A stretch of DNA of 61,762 nucleotides, filler included, from 6 parts of 6 records of this genome joined end to end with filler, not necessarily neighbours in it; one strand, 5' to 3'. Counted from the first letter of the whole stretch, positions 30,069-42,380 are shown. The notes: a model not told the origin generated them from the letters alone. Translations and numbers: made by a program.

Positions 30069-30521
30069 GACGAGGCGCTCGAGCGCCTCGTCGATGAGGG
30101 ACGCATCGAGCGCCTTCAGGATGCGTCCGACGATCAGGACGCCGTCTATTCTTCAGCGCGATGCTTTATCGGATTGGATGACGAGGCGGGCTGGGGCGCG
30201 GCGCTCTTTGACCACTACCAGGCGCTCGTCACGGCGCTTTGCGTCAAGCTGCGAAATGGCGAAACGCGCGCGCTACCAGACGATCGCCTCGGCGGGAGCA
30301 CCTTCTCGTTCGACGTGTGGGAGAATCACCCGCACGCGGATGAAGCCTACGACTTGCTCAAGAAATCACGCGCTGACCTCATCGACCTCTGGGAGCGCGT
30401 CACGCAGCACAACGACGCGCACGCCAAGCCAGAAGATTTCGACCGCGTCACGTTTTATATTGGACAGACACTCCAGGCGCACGGCGACAGCGCGCTGGGG
30501 ATCGATACAGAGGAGCCTTGA
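30069..30521 (+). CDS. Hypothetical protein, partial (possible winged-helix end plus uncharacterised C-domain)
   Basis: Open from the contig edge: DEALERLVDEGRIER…FDHYQALV…GGSTFSFDVW…VTFYIGQ, with strong GC3 bias. Confidence 0.7.
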   Translation, partial: DEALERLVDEGRIERLQDASDDQDAVYSSARCFIGLDDEAGWGAALFDHYQALVTALCVKLRNGETRALPDDRLGGSTFSFDVWENHPHADEAYDLLKKSRADLIDLWERVTQHNDAHAKPEDFDRVTFYIGQTLQAHGDSALGIDTEEP

Positions 30522-30598
30522 AGATGCGACCTATACGAATAACTCCCCCCATGACTGACATTCAGAACAAGACCTCCCACCTCATACACCGGAGCTCC

Positions 30599-31522
30599 AT
30601 GATGCGTTCGCTTCAATATATCCTTTTGGCCCTCACGACAGGTTGCGCGCTGCTCACCAGCGCCTGCATCTCGGGCAACAACACCGACAGCCAGACACAC
30701 TGGCTGGATTCATGCTCCTCGAGCGCCGAGTGCGAGAACGGGCTCGAGTGCCTCTGCGGTGTCTGTAGCCAGGAGTGCGGCGATACGATGGCGTGTGGCT
30801 CGACACCGGGCGCGAGCGTCTGCGTGACGCGCGAGCAGGGACCGAGCGAGCAACTCTGCGCGGTGCAGATCGATGTTCGTGGCATCTGCCTGCCTCAGTG
30901 CGTCGTCGATGAGGATTGCAGCATCGATCAGGCGTGCCGCTTTAACAAATGCGTCCCGCAGGAGGAGCTCGATCGTGTGGACAACCCGGAGAACAACGGG
31001 AACAACGCCATGCCGGATATGAACGGCCCACGGGACATGAACGGCCCGTTCGACATGGGCGGCCCGGTCGATTTTGGCTTGCCACCACACGATATGAACC
31101 TCCTGCCAAGGGATATGGAACCCCCGGTCGACATGCAGCGAGACATGCCACCTACGGACATGGGCTTCTTCGACATCGGGGGCGAGTGCATGATGGTCCC
31201 GATCTGTCCTCCCAATGGCCACCCGGTCGAGATCCCGATGAGCAACCAGAACGGTTGCCCCGAGTACACGTGCGTGGAGGAGGCGTCGAGGCCGTGCGGC
31301 GAGTGGACGTGCGAGACGGGCTCATCCTACTGCCAGGTGATCTACCCAGGCGTGCAGCCAGAGGATGATATGGACAATGGCCCCGACCGCTACTGCGGGA
31401 TGCTCTCACCCGAATGCTCCAACCCGATCACCTGCGAGTGCATCCTGGAGTCGCATAGCCCGGCGACCGAGTGCATCCTGCGCGAGGATGGGTTGTTCGA
31501 GATCACCGAATACCTTCCCTGA
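30599..31522 (+). CDS. Cys-rich exported lipoprotein with Asp-Met repeat linker
   Basis: GGAG RBS, signal peptide with lipobox TSAC, and two Cys-rich blocks separated by (P/R)DM repeats. Confidence 0.75.
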   Translation: MMRSLQYILLALTTGCALLTSACISGNNTDSQTHWLDSCSSSAECENGLECLCGVCSQECGDTMACGSTPGASVCVTREQGPSEQLCAVQIDVRGICLPQCVVDEDCSIDQACRFNKCVPQEELDRVDNPENNGNNAMPDMNGPRDMNGPFDMGGPVDFGLPPHDMNLLPRDMEPPVDMQRDMPPTDMGFFDIGGECMMVPICPPNGHPVEIPMSNQNGCPEYTCVEEASRPCGEWTCETGSSYCQVIYPGVQPEDDMDNGPDRYCGMLSPECSNPITCECILESHSPATECILREDGLFEITEYLP

Positions 31523-31579
31523 TTTTGCATGCGATACGATCACCCTGTGGGTAGCGCGGGACATTACCGTGCGCTATAC

Positions 31580-31616
31580 AAGGGGATGGAGAGGCGTCCT
31601 CTCCATCCCCTTTTGT
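31580..31616 (+). terminator. Rho-independent terminator
   Basis: Perfect 15-bp stem AAGGGGATGGAGAGG-CGT-CCTCTCCATCCCCTT followed by a T-rich tract. Confidence 0.75.
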
Positions 31617-31654
31617 TATTTTGCCGGTCTCCTCGCCACAGGGCATCAAGCGCC

Positions 31655-34216
<2,562 letters not shown>

Positions 34217-34486
34217 TTTGGCGGCCAAGACAGGCCACGAGACGCGATCCTCCGGGCAAAAAGCTCACCTACAACGCCGTACACTGGCGACATCGCCCTT
34301 GCTAGCCTTGTGGACCCGCACCGAACAGACTACTATTTGCGCGCTGCGCCCGGGAAAAACGCAAATCATATCCCCGAGCCAGCCATGCGCGACTCCAGAT
34401 AAATTGCATCCATCAGGGAACGGGGGTAGACCCGGTGGTTAGCAAACGAACCAGGGGTCGACCCTTATTCATGGCAAGGAGCTGAC

Positions 34487-37191
34487 GTGGCAAATGAAAC
34501 GATCCTCGTCGTCGATGCGGATGCAAAGAGCCAAAAGGTCCTCGAGTTCACATTTAAGAACGCGGGTTACCAGGTCGTCATCACGGACACGATTCGCGAT
34601 GCGATCCAGACCGTTGGCGCGAATCCCCCCGATCTGATCATCACCGATACGACATTGCCAGATGGCGATGGTTTTGGCTTTTGCGAGCAGCTCAAGCGCA
34701 ACGATCGTTTCAAGGATATCCCGGTCGTCTTTCTGACCGAGGATGACTCGGTGGCGCAGAAGATGAGGGGCTTCGAGCTCGGCGCGTCCGAGTACCTGAC
34801 CAAGCCTATCTACGTCAAAGAGGTCACCTCGCGCGTGGAGTTGTTATTGCAACGCCGCGCCAAGGAGCAGTTGAGCGACACCGACACCGAGGTTTTGGAG
34901 GGCGAGCTCTCAGAGATCACGATGATCGACCTGTTGCAGACGATCGAGAGCGAGCTCAAGAGCGGGACGCTACAGCTTGACCGCGAGCGCTATCAGGCGA
35001 CCGTGTGGTTCCGCGAGGGGAACATCCTCGACGCGATCTGTGGCAACCTCCAGGGCGAAGAGGCGCTCTACCGCCTGATGCTCTGGCCAAAGGGTCAGTT
35101 CGTCTTGCGCTACCACGATCATATCCGCCGCGCCGATCACATCGAGAAGGACTCGAGCGAGCTTCTTATCGAGGGGATGCGTCGCTTCGATCGTTGGAAC
35201 GAGATGGTCCGCACGCTCCCTCACCTGAGCCGCATCTTCGAGGCCGACTATCAACGCCTCGAGGGCGTCCCGCGCGAAGTGGGCCGTCTGGTGCGCCTGT
35301 TTGACGGTTACCGCACCCTTCGCGACGTCATCGACGAGAGCCCTGTCGATGACATCACGACCTTGCGCGTGATCCGCCGGCTGCTCGACGACGACATCCT
35401 GCTCGACGTCACCCCCTCCGAGGATGCGTTGCGCCAGACGGCGCAACACACCAACCTCGCCTCCTGGCTCTCCGGCCGCAACATCCGCAAGGCCGAGACC
35501 GCCGAGGTCCAGCAACTCTTCGACACGAGCCCCGGCGTCAAGTCCGTGCCGGGCCTTAACCTCGAGGAAGAAGAGGATAAGCTCGAGGAGGGCGCACCGC
35601 CCGTGATCGAGAGGCCCGAGAGCACGCTCGAGGAGCGCTCCTCGACGCCTCTCCAGGACCCCGACAAGCGCGACTTCGAAGAAGGCCAGGCGCCAGATCC
35701 TGCCAACACCGAGGACGCCGCGCACTGGCGCTTCCATTGGGACAAGGCGCGCAACGAGGCGATCGCCGCCAAGCGTCACAGCCAGGACTCGCGAGACATC
35801 TTCGCGCTCGATGACCTCGAGCGCGACCTCGCAGAGATCGAGCGCCGCCGCCGCGAGGAAGAGGCGCGGCGCCTCGAGGCTCAGATGCAAGCTGGCGAGC
35901 CCAGCGCGGCAGGCATCGGCGATGAATCCACCGAGAGTGGCATCGGCGCGCCGCTGGAGATCGAGGAAGAAGAAAAACGCGAGATCACCAAGGAGCTCCA
36001 CCGCAAGTCGGTCCTCGACGAGATCGAGGCGATCCGTCAGGAGGAGGAAGAGCGCGCTCGTCAGGAGACCCCTCAGGGGACGCCAGCATCAGCTCGCGAG
36101 CTCCCCGCGGACGCCCGCGATCCTCGCGAGGGCATCGAGGACATGCTCGAGCAGAGCGCTCGACAGCGCGCCGCCGCCATCGACGAAGCTGAAGAGGTCC
36201 AGCGCCAGAGCAAGCAACAGCACAACACGCTCGCCGAGCGCGTCGCCGCAGATTACGAGGCCGGTGACGAAGAAACCACGCGCCAGCGCACCGATCAGTT
36301 CGCGCCCGTGCTCGATGACTTCAACAGCCCGCCATCGAAAGCGGGCGTCGAAATCCAGGAGCCCGTGGCCGTCGATCCAGCAGCGCCGAGGCCAAAGACC
36401 AAGCGCGTCGCCACGCAAGAGTTCGCGCCGATCGTCGACGTCGAGTCCGACACTGACGAGCAAGATCGCGACAAGACCTCCGCGCCAGCGGCCCAGGCAA
36501 AGCCCGATCCCGACGAGGTCGAGACCGTCGAGGAGCCTCGCCCGAGCAAGGACGAGCAAGATAGCGAGGAGCCGCCACTGATTCCTCTGGGCGCGCCCGA
36601 GGATGATGGCGAGGAACCTCGCGTCTCCGAGGAAGACCTCGAAGCGCTCAAGGCGCAAAAGGCCGGCCTCGGCGATCAAATAAGCACCGTCACCGAGACC
36701 GATGACTACACCCTCGAAGAGGTCGACGAAGACCCCGAAGAAGAGGAAGAGGCTGAAGCTGAAGCCGAGGTCGAGGTCGAAGACACCGACGCTCAGGACG
36801 ACGAGGAAGAGGTCGCAGAAGAAGCTCCTCAGGATGAGGAAGACGCGGAAGCAGAAGACGCAGGAGAAGAGGAAGACGAGCCAGCTTCTCGCAGCTCCGA
36901 GAACATCCTCGCCGCGCGCACGCCTCGCAACAAGGAGCTGATCAAGGCCGAGATCGACCTCAAGAAGGGGAGCACTCCACCTGAGGGCGAAGAAGGCGAA
37001 GAGAGCGAGGACGAGGACGCCGAAGCGGCAGGACTCGCCGAAGACTCCGACCTCGCTGAAGACTCGGACGTCGAGGAGGAGGCTGACGCAGCCGCGCTCG
37101 ATGAAGACTCGGATGTCGAAGACGAAGACGAGGAAGAAGCAGGACTCGCCGAAGACTCCGATCTCGAAGAAGACTCGGACGTCGAAGACGA
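34487..37191 (+). CDS. Response regulator with receiver + DUF4388(PatA-N)-like domain and long acidic disordered tail (3' truncated)
   Basis: ILVVD…PDLIITD…FLT…YLTKP receiver; LEGELSEITMIDLLQT…GEEALYRLMLW..GQF; E/D-rich tail running into the spacer. Confidence 0.85.
37028..37186 (+). repeat. Intragenic direct repeat (48-nt unit, 111-nt spacing) built from 18-nt EDSD(L/V)x units
   Basis: gcaggactcgccgaagactccga(c/t)ctcg…gaagactcggacgtcga at 37028 and 37139, encoding AGLAEDSDL(A/E)EDSDVE. Confidence 0.8.
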
Positions 37192-37291
37192 NNNNNNNNN
37201 NNNNNNNNNNNNNNNNNNNNNNNNNNNNNNNNNNNTTAATTAATTAANNNNNNNNNNNNNNNNNNNNNNNNNNNNNNNNNNNNNNNNNNNN
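37192..37291. other. Artificial contig spacer
   Basis: N44-TTAATTAATTAA-N44; shift from GC-rich to AT-rich sequence. Confidence 0.97.
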
Positions 37292-37305
37292 TTGGCGCCG
37301 CCAAT

Positions 37306-37335
37306 AAAAAAAGCCCTCTATTGAGGGCTTTTTTT
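37306..37335. terminator. Bidirectional Rho-independent terminator
   Basis: AAAAAAAGCCCTC-TATT-GAGGGCTTTTTTT at the end of the enoyl-CoA hydratase gene. Confidence 0.88.
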
Positions 37336-38086
37336 ATGCATACGATTGAAGTTTTTTGCGTGTAAAGTCTGATAAAACCAACTTACCACTTGTTGCTGCT
37401 CGCGTTTCTAAGAGGGTGTCCCAAGCTTCCGTATTGGACCAAAACATCTTTTTACTTTCGGCTAAAGCTTCAGGATTGTAGGTTGCTAAATCTCCAGCTA
37501 GTTTTTCAATAGCTTGATCTAATGCTTCGACAGTTTCAAAAACCGAAGCATAAAGTCCGCGCCCTAGTGCCCAGTCTGCGGAATAAAATTCTTGTGCATT
37601 CATAGTCACTTGCGAAAATGCCGAAATGCCAATTTTACGTTCCACCGCAGGTCCAATAACAAACGGACCAATCCCAATACTGATCTCACTCAATTTTATA
37701 GAAGCATATTTGGTCGCCATGCAATAATCAGCAGCAGCAGCCAGACCAACTCCGCCGCCAACCGCCTTGCCTTGCACCCGTACAATAGTAAGCAATGGGC
37801 ATTTACGCATTGCTAAGATCACCCGGGCAAAACCCATAAAAAAGTCTTTGCCTTGCGATTCATTCTTGATAGCAATTAATTCGTTAAAGCTTGCCCCCGC
37901 ACAAAAGGTACGGTCTCCCCCACTTTGAATAACCAATACACACAAATCACTACGAGATCCAGCTTGGATTATAGTATGCTCTAGTTTCTTTAGAATTTCA
38001 GTCGGTAGAGCATTATGATTAGGCGTGTAGAACGTGATGGTTCCCACTGCATTTTTAATATCAAGCGTTACATAGGATTCTGACAT
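37334..38086 (-). CDS. Enoyl-CoA hydratase/isomerase (crotonase) family protein
   Basis: TFCAGAS, VQGKAVGGGVGL and LSEISIGIGP motifs. Confidence 0.9.
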   Translation of the reverse strand: MSESYVTLDIKNAVGTITFYTPNHNALPTEILKKLEHTIIQAGSRSDLCVLVIQSGGDRTFCAGASFNELIAIKNESQGKDFFMGFARVILAMRKCPLLTIVRVQGKAVGGGVGLAAAADYCMATKYASIKLSEISIGIGPFVIGPAVERKIGISAFSQVTMNAQEFYSADWALGRGLYASVFETVEALDQAIEKLAGDLATYNPEALAESKKMFWSNTEAWDTLLETRAATSGKLVLSDFTRKKLQSYA

Positions 38087-38284
38087 ATATTTTCAGTAAA
38101 AAGTAGTTTCTATTAAATATTTATCAAATTTATAGATATAAGAACAATATTTATAAACATATTCTTATTTTCATTAGTAAATTACGCTGAGGTAATTTGT
38201 TCTAATTTGAAGATTTCAACGCAGAACCTAAAGCGAAATTTACCGCATATAATCCCAATTTTCGGGTACAGAAGCATTTTAGTT

Positions 38285-40036
38285 ATGAGTCAGGTTTTAG
38301 ATAAAAATATAGAAACTAATCCACTTATTGAGCGTCTTCCTGCGCATTTAAAGCAATACATTAAACCGCAGAATTACGACAATTATACCGCGATCAATCA
38401 AGCAGTGTGGCGCTATGTGATGCGTAAAAACGTTGCATACCTCAGCACTGTTGCGCATAAATCCTATTTAGACGGACTCAAACAAACCGGGATTTCTATC
38501 GATCATATTCCTAATATGTATGGAATGAATCGCATTCTCAAAGAAATTGGCTGGGCGGCAGTCGCTGTTGATGGCTTTATTCCGCCTGCGGCGTTTATGG
38601 AATTTCAGGCATACAATGTTTTGGTCATAGCTTCAGACATCAGACAACTAGAGCATCTTGAGTATACGCCAGCGCCAGATATCATTCACGAGGGCGCCGG
38701 CCACGCGCCTATTATTGCCAATCCTGAGTATGCCGAATACCTAAGACGTTTTGGTGAGATTGGGTGCAAAGCGATTTCTTCGGCTAAAGATTATGAGTTG
38801 TATGAAGCGGTGCGCGAACTTTCCATCTTAAAAGAAGCGGAAGATACGCCGCAAAGCGAAATCGAAAAGGTAGAACAACGCGTAGATTTTCTGCAAAATA
38901 ATATGGGAATGCCTAGTGAAATGGCGCTTATAAGAAACCTGCACTGGTGGACGGTAGAATACGGACTTATAGGAACTCCGCAAAAGCCTAAAATTTATGG
39001 AGCCGGATTGCTTTCTTCTATAGGTGAAAGCGCTTGGTGTATGACTGATAAAGTTAAAAAACTCCCGTATGCTATCAACGCCGCCCAACAGGAATTTGAC
39101 ATCACAAAACCGCAACCTCAACTTTATGTAACACCTAATTTTGCCTATTTAAGTGAAGTTCTTGAGGAATTTGCCAACACCATGGCGTTGCGCACCGGCG
39201 GTCCTGAAGGTTTACAAAAACTGATTGACAGCAAAAATCTGGGAACGATAGAACTCAGTACCGGTTTGCAAATTTCAGGAGTGTTTACTGAAATGATTCT
39301 TTATAAAGACAAGATTGCTTACCTGCAAACCAAAGGAAAAAGCGCACTGAGTTACCACGAAAAAGAATTGGTAGGTCACGGTACAATTAACCATCCTGAC
39401 GGCTACGGAAGTGCAATAGGCAAACTTAAAGGAATCAATCTCGCTATTGAAGATATGAGCCCTAAGGATTTACTCGCTTATAAAATTTCTGAGGGAAGCC
39501 TTGTAACGCTTGAATTTGAAGGTGGCATCAAAGTAAGCGGCGAGATCATTACCGGAACGCGGAACCTTAAGGGAAAAATTATTCTTATCAGTTTTAAAGA
39601 GTGCACTGTTAGCTACGAAGAACGCATTTTATTCAAGCCAGAATGGGGAATTTATCATCTCGCGGTTGGTAAGAAAATCACTTCAGCCTTTGCCGGGCCG
39701 GCAGATTTTAATTCGTTTGATTTAATTCAGCATAAAATTTCTTCTACTACTGCAAAACCAAAAATGAGCGCACAACGTCAAGAGTTAGAAGATCTTTATC
39801 TCGCCGTTCGCAATTATAGAGAAGGAAAAAACACCAAGTTTTCGCCTCAGGCCGTTTTTGATATTTTGAAAAAAAGCCATCAAAAAGACTGGCTACTTTC
39901 GGTGGAATTGTATGAACTCGCTAAAGATGAAAACAACACAGCCTTCATGACTGAAATTCTTCAGCATTTAGAGCAAGTTAAAGCGCAGCATCCTAAAGTA
40001 AAACATCTTATTGAAGATGGTCTCGAACTAGTCTAA
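38285..40036 (+). CDS. phhA: Aromatic amino acid (phenylalanine 4-) hydroxylase, long form
   Basis: YTPAPDIIHEGAGHAP iron-binding His pair, WWTVEYGLI and IYGAGLLSSIGE motifs. Confidence 0.88.
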   Translation: MSQVLDKNIETNPLIERLPAHLKQYIKPQNYDNYTAINQAVWRYVMRKNVAYLSTVAHKSYLDGLKQTGISIDHIPNMYGMNRILKEIGWAAVAVDGFIPPAAFMEFQAYNVLVIASDIRQLEHLEYTPAPDIIHEGAGHAPIIANPEYAEYLRRFGEIGCKAISSAKDYELYEAVRELSILKEAEDTPQSEIEKVEQRVDFLQNNMGMPSEMALIRNLHWWTVEYGLIGTPQKPKIYGAGLLSSIGESAWCMTDKVKKLPYAINAAQQEFDITKPQPQLYVTPNFAYLSEVLEEFANTMALRTGGPEGLQKLIDSKNLGTIELSTGLQISGVFTEMILYKDKIAYLQTKGKSALSYHEKELVGHGTINHPDGYGSAIGKLKGINLAIEDMSPKDLLAYKISEGSLVTLEFEGGIKVSGEIITGTRNLKGKIILISFKECTVSYEERILFKPEWGIYHLAVGKKITSAFAGPADFNSFDLIQHKISSTTAKPKMSAQRQELEDLYLAVRNYREGKNTKFSPQAVFDILKKSHQKDWLLSVELYELAKDENNTAFMTEILQHLEQVKAQHPKVKHLIEDGLELV

Positions 40037-40639
40037 AAGCGTTTTTAATTCTTGCGACGAGTTTATGGGAGTAGTGTTATACTGCAAGGTCCAACCCAAC
40101 GTATTGGTCACCACATAAATATTGGCAAGTTCTGCTAGAAGTCGGTTTTCAGCATTTTGAGGTAATTCTGAAGACTCAACCTTTTGTCTTATTGTAGTCA
40201 TCACCCGTTGTTTGATTTTGTTATAATCTGATGCTTCAAACTGGTTTAAATAATCTTGCGATACATCGTAATATTCAATATCCGGATTGATATTAATCTC
40301 TGGAGCGGGGATCTTTTTAATTGTGATGGTTTTGTTCTCGGGATCGACTTCCGTTTCTAAAGCACGTAGATCATAAGCAATGGTCACTTTAGCATTAATC
40401 ACCACCAAAGCTTTTTTATTCGCTTCCACCAAATTGAAAATCTGCTTAGAGTTTTTATAGGTAAAAACCTGTGCAAATGAGCCTTCGGTTACAGCCAACT
40501 TACCAACATTTTTAATTTCTTTTTCAATGAGATTTGTCGCTTCAATTAATTGTTCTCGCTTCTCCTGCTGAGCATTAAAATATTGATAGGTAAAGTATCC
40601 TAAAAGGAGTATAAGAATTACGATTAAGACTTTCCGCAT
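40028..40639 (-). CDS. DUF4230-like membrane-anchored protein
   Basis: N-terminal TM, IKNVGKL, KKALV…AYDL and A..NA..RL patterns. Confidence 0.75.
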   Translation of the reverse strand: MRKVLIVILILLLGYFTYQYFNAQQEKREQLIEATNLIEKEIKNVGKLAVTEGSFAQVFTYKNSKQIFNLVEANKKALVVINAKVTIAYDLRALETEVDPENKTITIKKIPAPEININPDIEYYDVSQDYLNQFEASDYNKIKQRVMTTIRQKVESSELPQNAENRLLAELANIYVVTNTLGWTLQYNTTPINSSQELKTLLD

Positions 40640-40718
40640 AAGGCTTGATTATAGAATCAAGTCAATTTATCTATTAATTGCGGAAAGAAAAAAGGAAGCT
40701 GCTAATCTTAACAGCATA

Positions 40719-41369
40719 TTATATAATATTGTTTTGCCTGGCTTTGGCAACCGCTTCGATCTTGCTATGTACCTGTAGCTTTTTGTAGATATTTTCTATG
40801 TGTTTGCGCACCGTACTGGGCGACAAGAATAGATTTTCTGCAATTTTAGTATAGCTTAATCCTTTGCCCAACTGCTCAAGAACATCAATTTCCCGAGAAG
40901 ATAACGAGATTTCTTCGCGCTCGTGCAAATTGCTTATAGCTTCTGGATTACGCAACAGTTTAAGCGTGCGCATCGCAATAGACGCATTCATTGCGGCTCC
41001 GCCGGAAAGTGTTTCTCTTATTCCTTTTTGGAGTTCGTCAGGTGTGGTGTCTTTAAGTAAATACCCATCTGCCCCGGCTTTGATCGCATTAAAAATATGC
41101 TCGTCATTATCAAAAACCGTAAGCATAATTATTTTAATCTGCGGATATTTCTGTTTAACTAAGGCTGTGGCTTCAATCCCATTGAGTACCGGCATTTCAA
41201 TATCCATAAGGATCAAATCAATATGCGGATTATCATCTAATTTGGTCAAAAGATCCGCGCCGTGTTCCGCAGTAAATTTTAAATGGAATTCTTTAAAAAA
41301 GGAAAGCTTTTCTGCTACAGCTTTAGCGAGAAAAAATTTATCATCTACTATGGCTATTTTTACCGGCAT
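40719..41369 (-). CDS. NarL/LuxR-family response regulator
   Basis: IAIVDD, LILMDIEMP, MLT and GYLLK receiver; LSSREIDVL…TVRKHIENIYKKL HTH. Confidence 0.95.
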   Translation of the reverse strand: MPVKIAIVDDKFFLAKAVAEKLSFFKEFHLKFTAEHGADLLTKLDDNPHIDLILMDIEMPVLNGIEATALVKQKYPQIKIIMLTVFDNDEHIFNAIKAGADGYLLKDTTPDELQKGIRETLSGGAAMNASIAMRTLKLLRNPEAISNLHEREEISLSSREIDVLEQLGKGLSYTKIAENLFLSPSTVRKHIENIYKKLQVHSKIEAVAKARQNNII

Positions 41370-41444
41370 TTGAAGTTGAGAGCTTTAAATTTTAATCAAT
41401 AACTGGTGTTTCGGATCAAAAAATATGAGTGCCTGTCATTTGGT

Positions 41445-41482
41445 AAAAAAATCCGGAAAAGTCCCCTAGCCCTTCTCCGGAT
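41445..41482 (-). terminator. Rho-independent terminator upstream of the response regulator
   Basis: Minus-strand AUCCGGAGAAG-GGCUAGGGGA-CUUUUCCGGAU followed by a U-tract. Confidence 0.7.
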
Positions 41483-41512
41483 CTAACATTCAATACAGTA
41501 CTGAAATTGAGA
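41445..41512 (-). ncRNA. Candidate ~65-nt small RNA
   Basis: Bounded by an operator plus -7-like element upstream and an intrinsic terminator downstream; two hairpins; only a 7-codon ORF. Confidence 0.35.
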
Positions 41513-41544
41513 TCACTAAACTAAGAAGAACACTATAGGGTCGC

Positions 41545-41564
41545 AATAGGGCATTTGCCCCATT
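41545..41564. promoter_or_regulatory. Palindromic operator copy 1 (AATAGGGCATTTGCCCCATT)
   Basis: Matches copies at 47595 and 48281; 21 bp from the -7-like element TAGTTTAG (minus strand, 41516-41523). Confidence 0.75.
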
Positions 41565-41580
41565 TTTAAGTTATTTCGAT

Positions 41581-42306
41581 TTAAATCTCAAAATTATAAC
41601 CGCTCTCCAGAAGCTCTTCATATTTATCTGCATCAAAACGATAGAGGAAAGCTCCACGTTTAGAGCCACTTTTATCTTTCTCGTCAAGCTTTACCAGGAC
41701 TTTAAGCGAAAGCACTTTTTTTCTAAAATTACGAGGATCCAGATCGCGTTGATAAATCGCTTCATAAAGTTTTTGCAACTGCGGAATGGTGAATTTTTCA
41801 GGCAAAAGCTCAAACCCAATGGGTTGCTGTCTCGCCTTTCTGCGCAGTTTATCAAGTGCATCTGCAACCATCTGATCGTGATCGAGTGCAAGCGTAGGCA
41901 GTTCTTTTAAGGTATACCAGAAAGCCCCGTGACTTTCTACAAGTTCGCGGTCATAATCTTCAAGACGTATCAGCGCATAATGCGCCACAGAAAGACAGCG
42001 GTACCCGGGATCACGATCTGCTTTACCATAGGTTTTAGACTGCTCTAAGAATATTTGCTCCAGCCCGGTGATTTCTTTTAATACGCGCCTTGCCGCATCA
42101 TCTACATTTTCATCAAGCTGCACAAAACTTCCAATCAACGACCAGATCCCAGAGTCTGGTTCTACACGTCTTTTAAAGATAAGAAGCTTGAGATCCTCAC
42201 CGTCAAAACCAAAGACAATACAGTCTGTCGCGACGTATAATTTTTCATTATCAGCGTAAAAATCATTATTTGAAGCGTGCGCAATACTGGCTGAGCTTGG
42301 TGTCAT
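41581..42306 (-). CDS. NrtR/AraR-type Nudix-domain transcriptional regulator
   Basis: ATDCIVFGF, Nudix-like box AARRVLKEITGL, RDP, DH, FTIPQLQKLYE, RNFRKK and AFLYRF wHTH. Confidence 0.9.
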   Translation of the reverse strand: MTPSSASIAHASNNDFYADNEKLYVATDCIVFGFDGEDLKLLIFKRRVEPDSGIWSLIGSFVQLDENVDDAARRVLKEITGLEQIFLEQSKTYGKADRDPGYRCLSVAHYALIRLEDYDRELVESHGAFWYTLKELPTLALDHDQMVADALDKLRRKARQQPIGFELLPEKFTIPQLQKLYEAIYQRDLDPRNFRKKVLSLKVLVKLDEKDKSGSKRGAFLYRFDADKYEELLESGYNFEI

Positions 42307-42380
42307 AAAACGTGTTTTAAGCGTACAAAATACGTTTTTTTAACGAAAACTGGTACTACCTATAAAAACTACGCCTTCGC

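Noticed and set aside
34286-34304. Possible sigma-54 promoter TGGCGAC…TTGCT
   Set aside because: GG-to-GC spacing is 13 nt rather than the required 10.
37028-37191. Repeats considered as a CRISPR array
   Set aside because: They are in-frame coding repeats without unique spacers, and no cas genes are present.
40644-40661. CTTGATT-ATAG-AATCAAG palindrome before the DUF4230-like gene
   Set aside because: Single copy, AT-rich and unrelated to the GGCA-WW-TGCC operator; could be chance.
41466-41489. 7-codon ORF MLDPEKG as a leader peptide
   Set aside because: Too short to support and lacks the usual Bacteroidetes -3 A context; kept only as an alternative within the sRNA finding.
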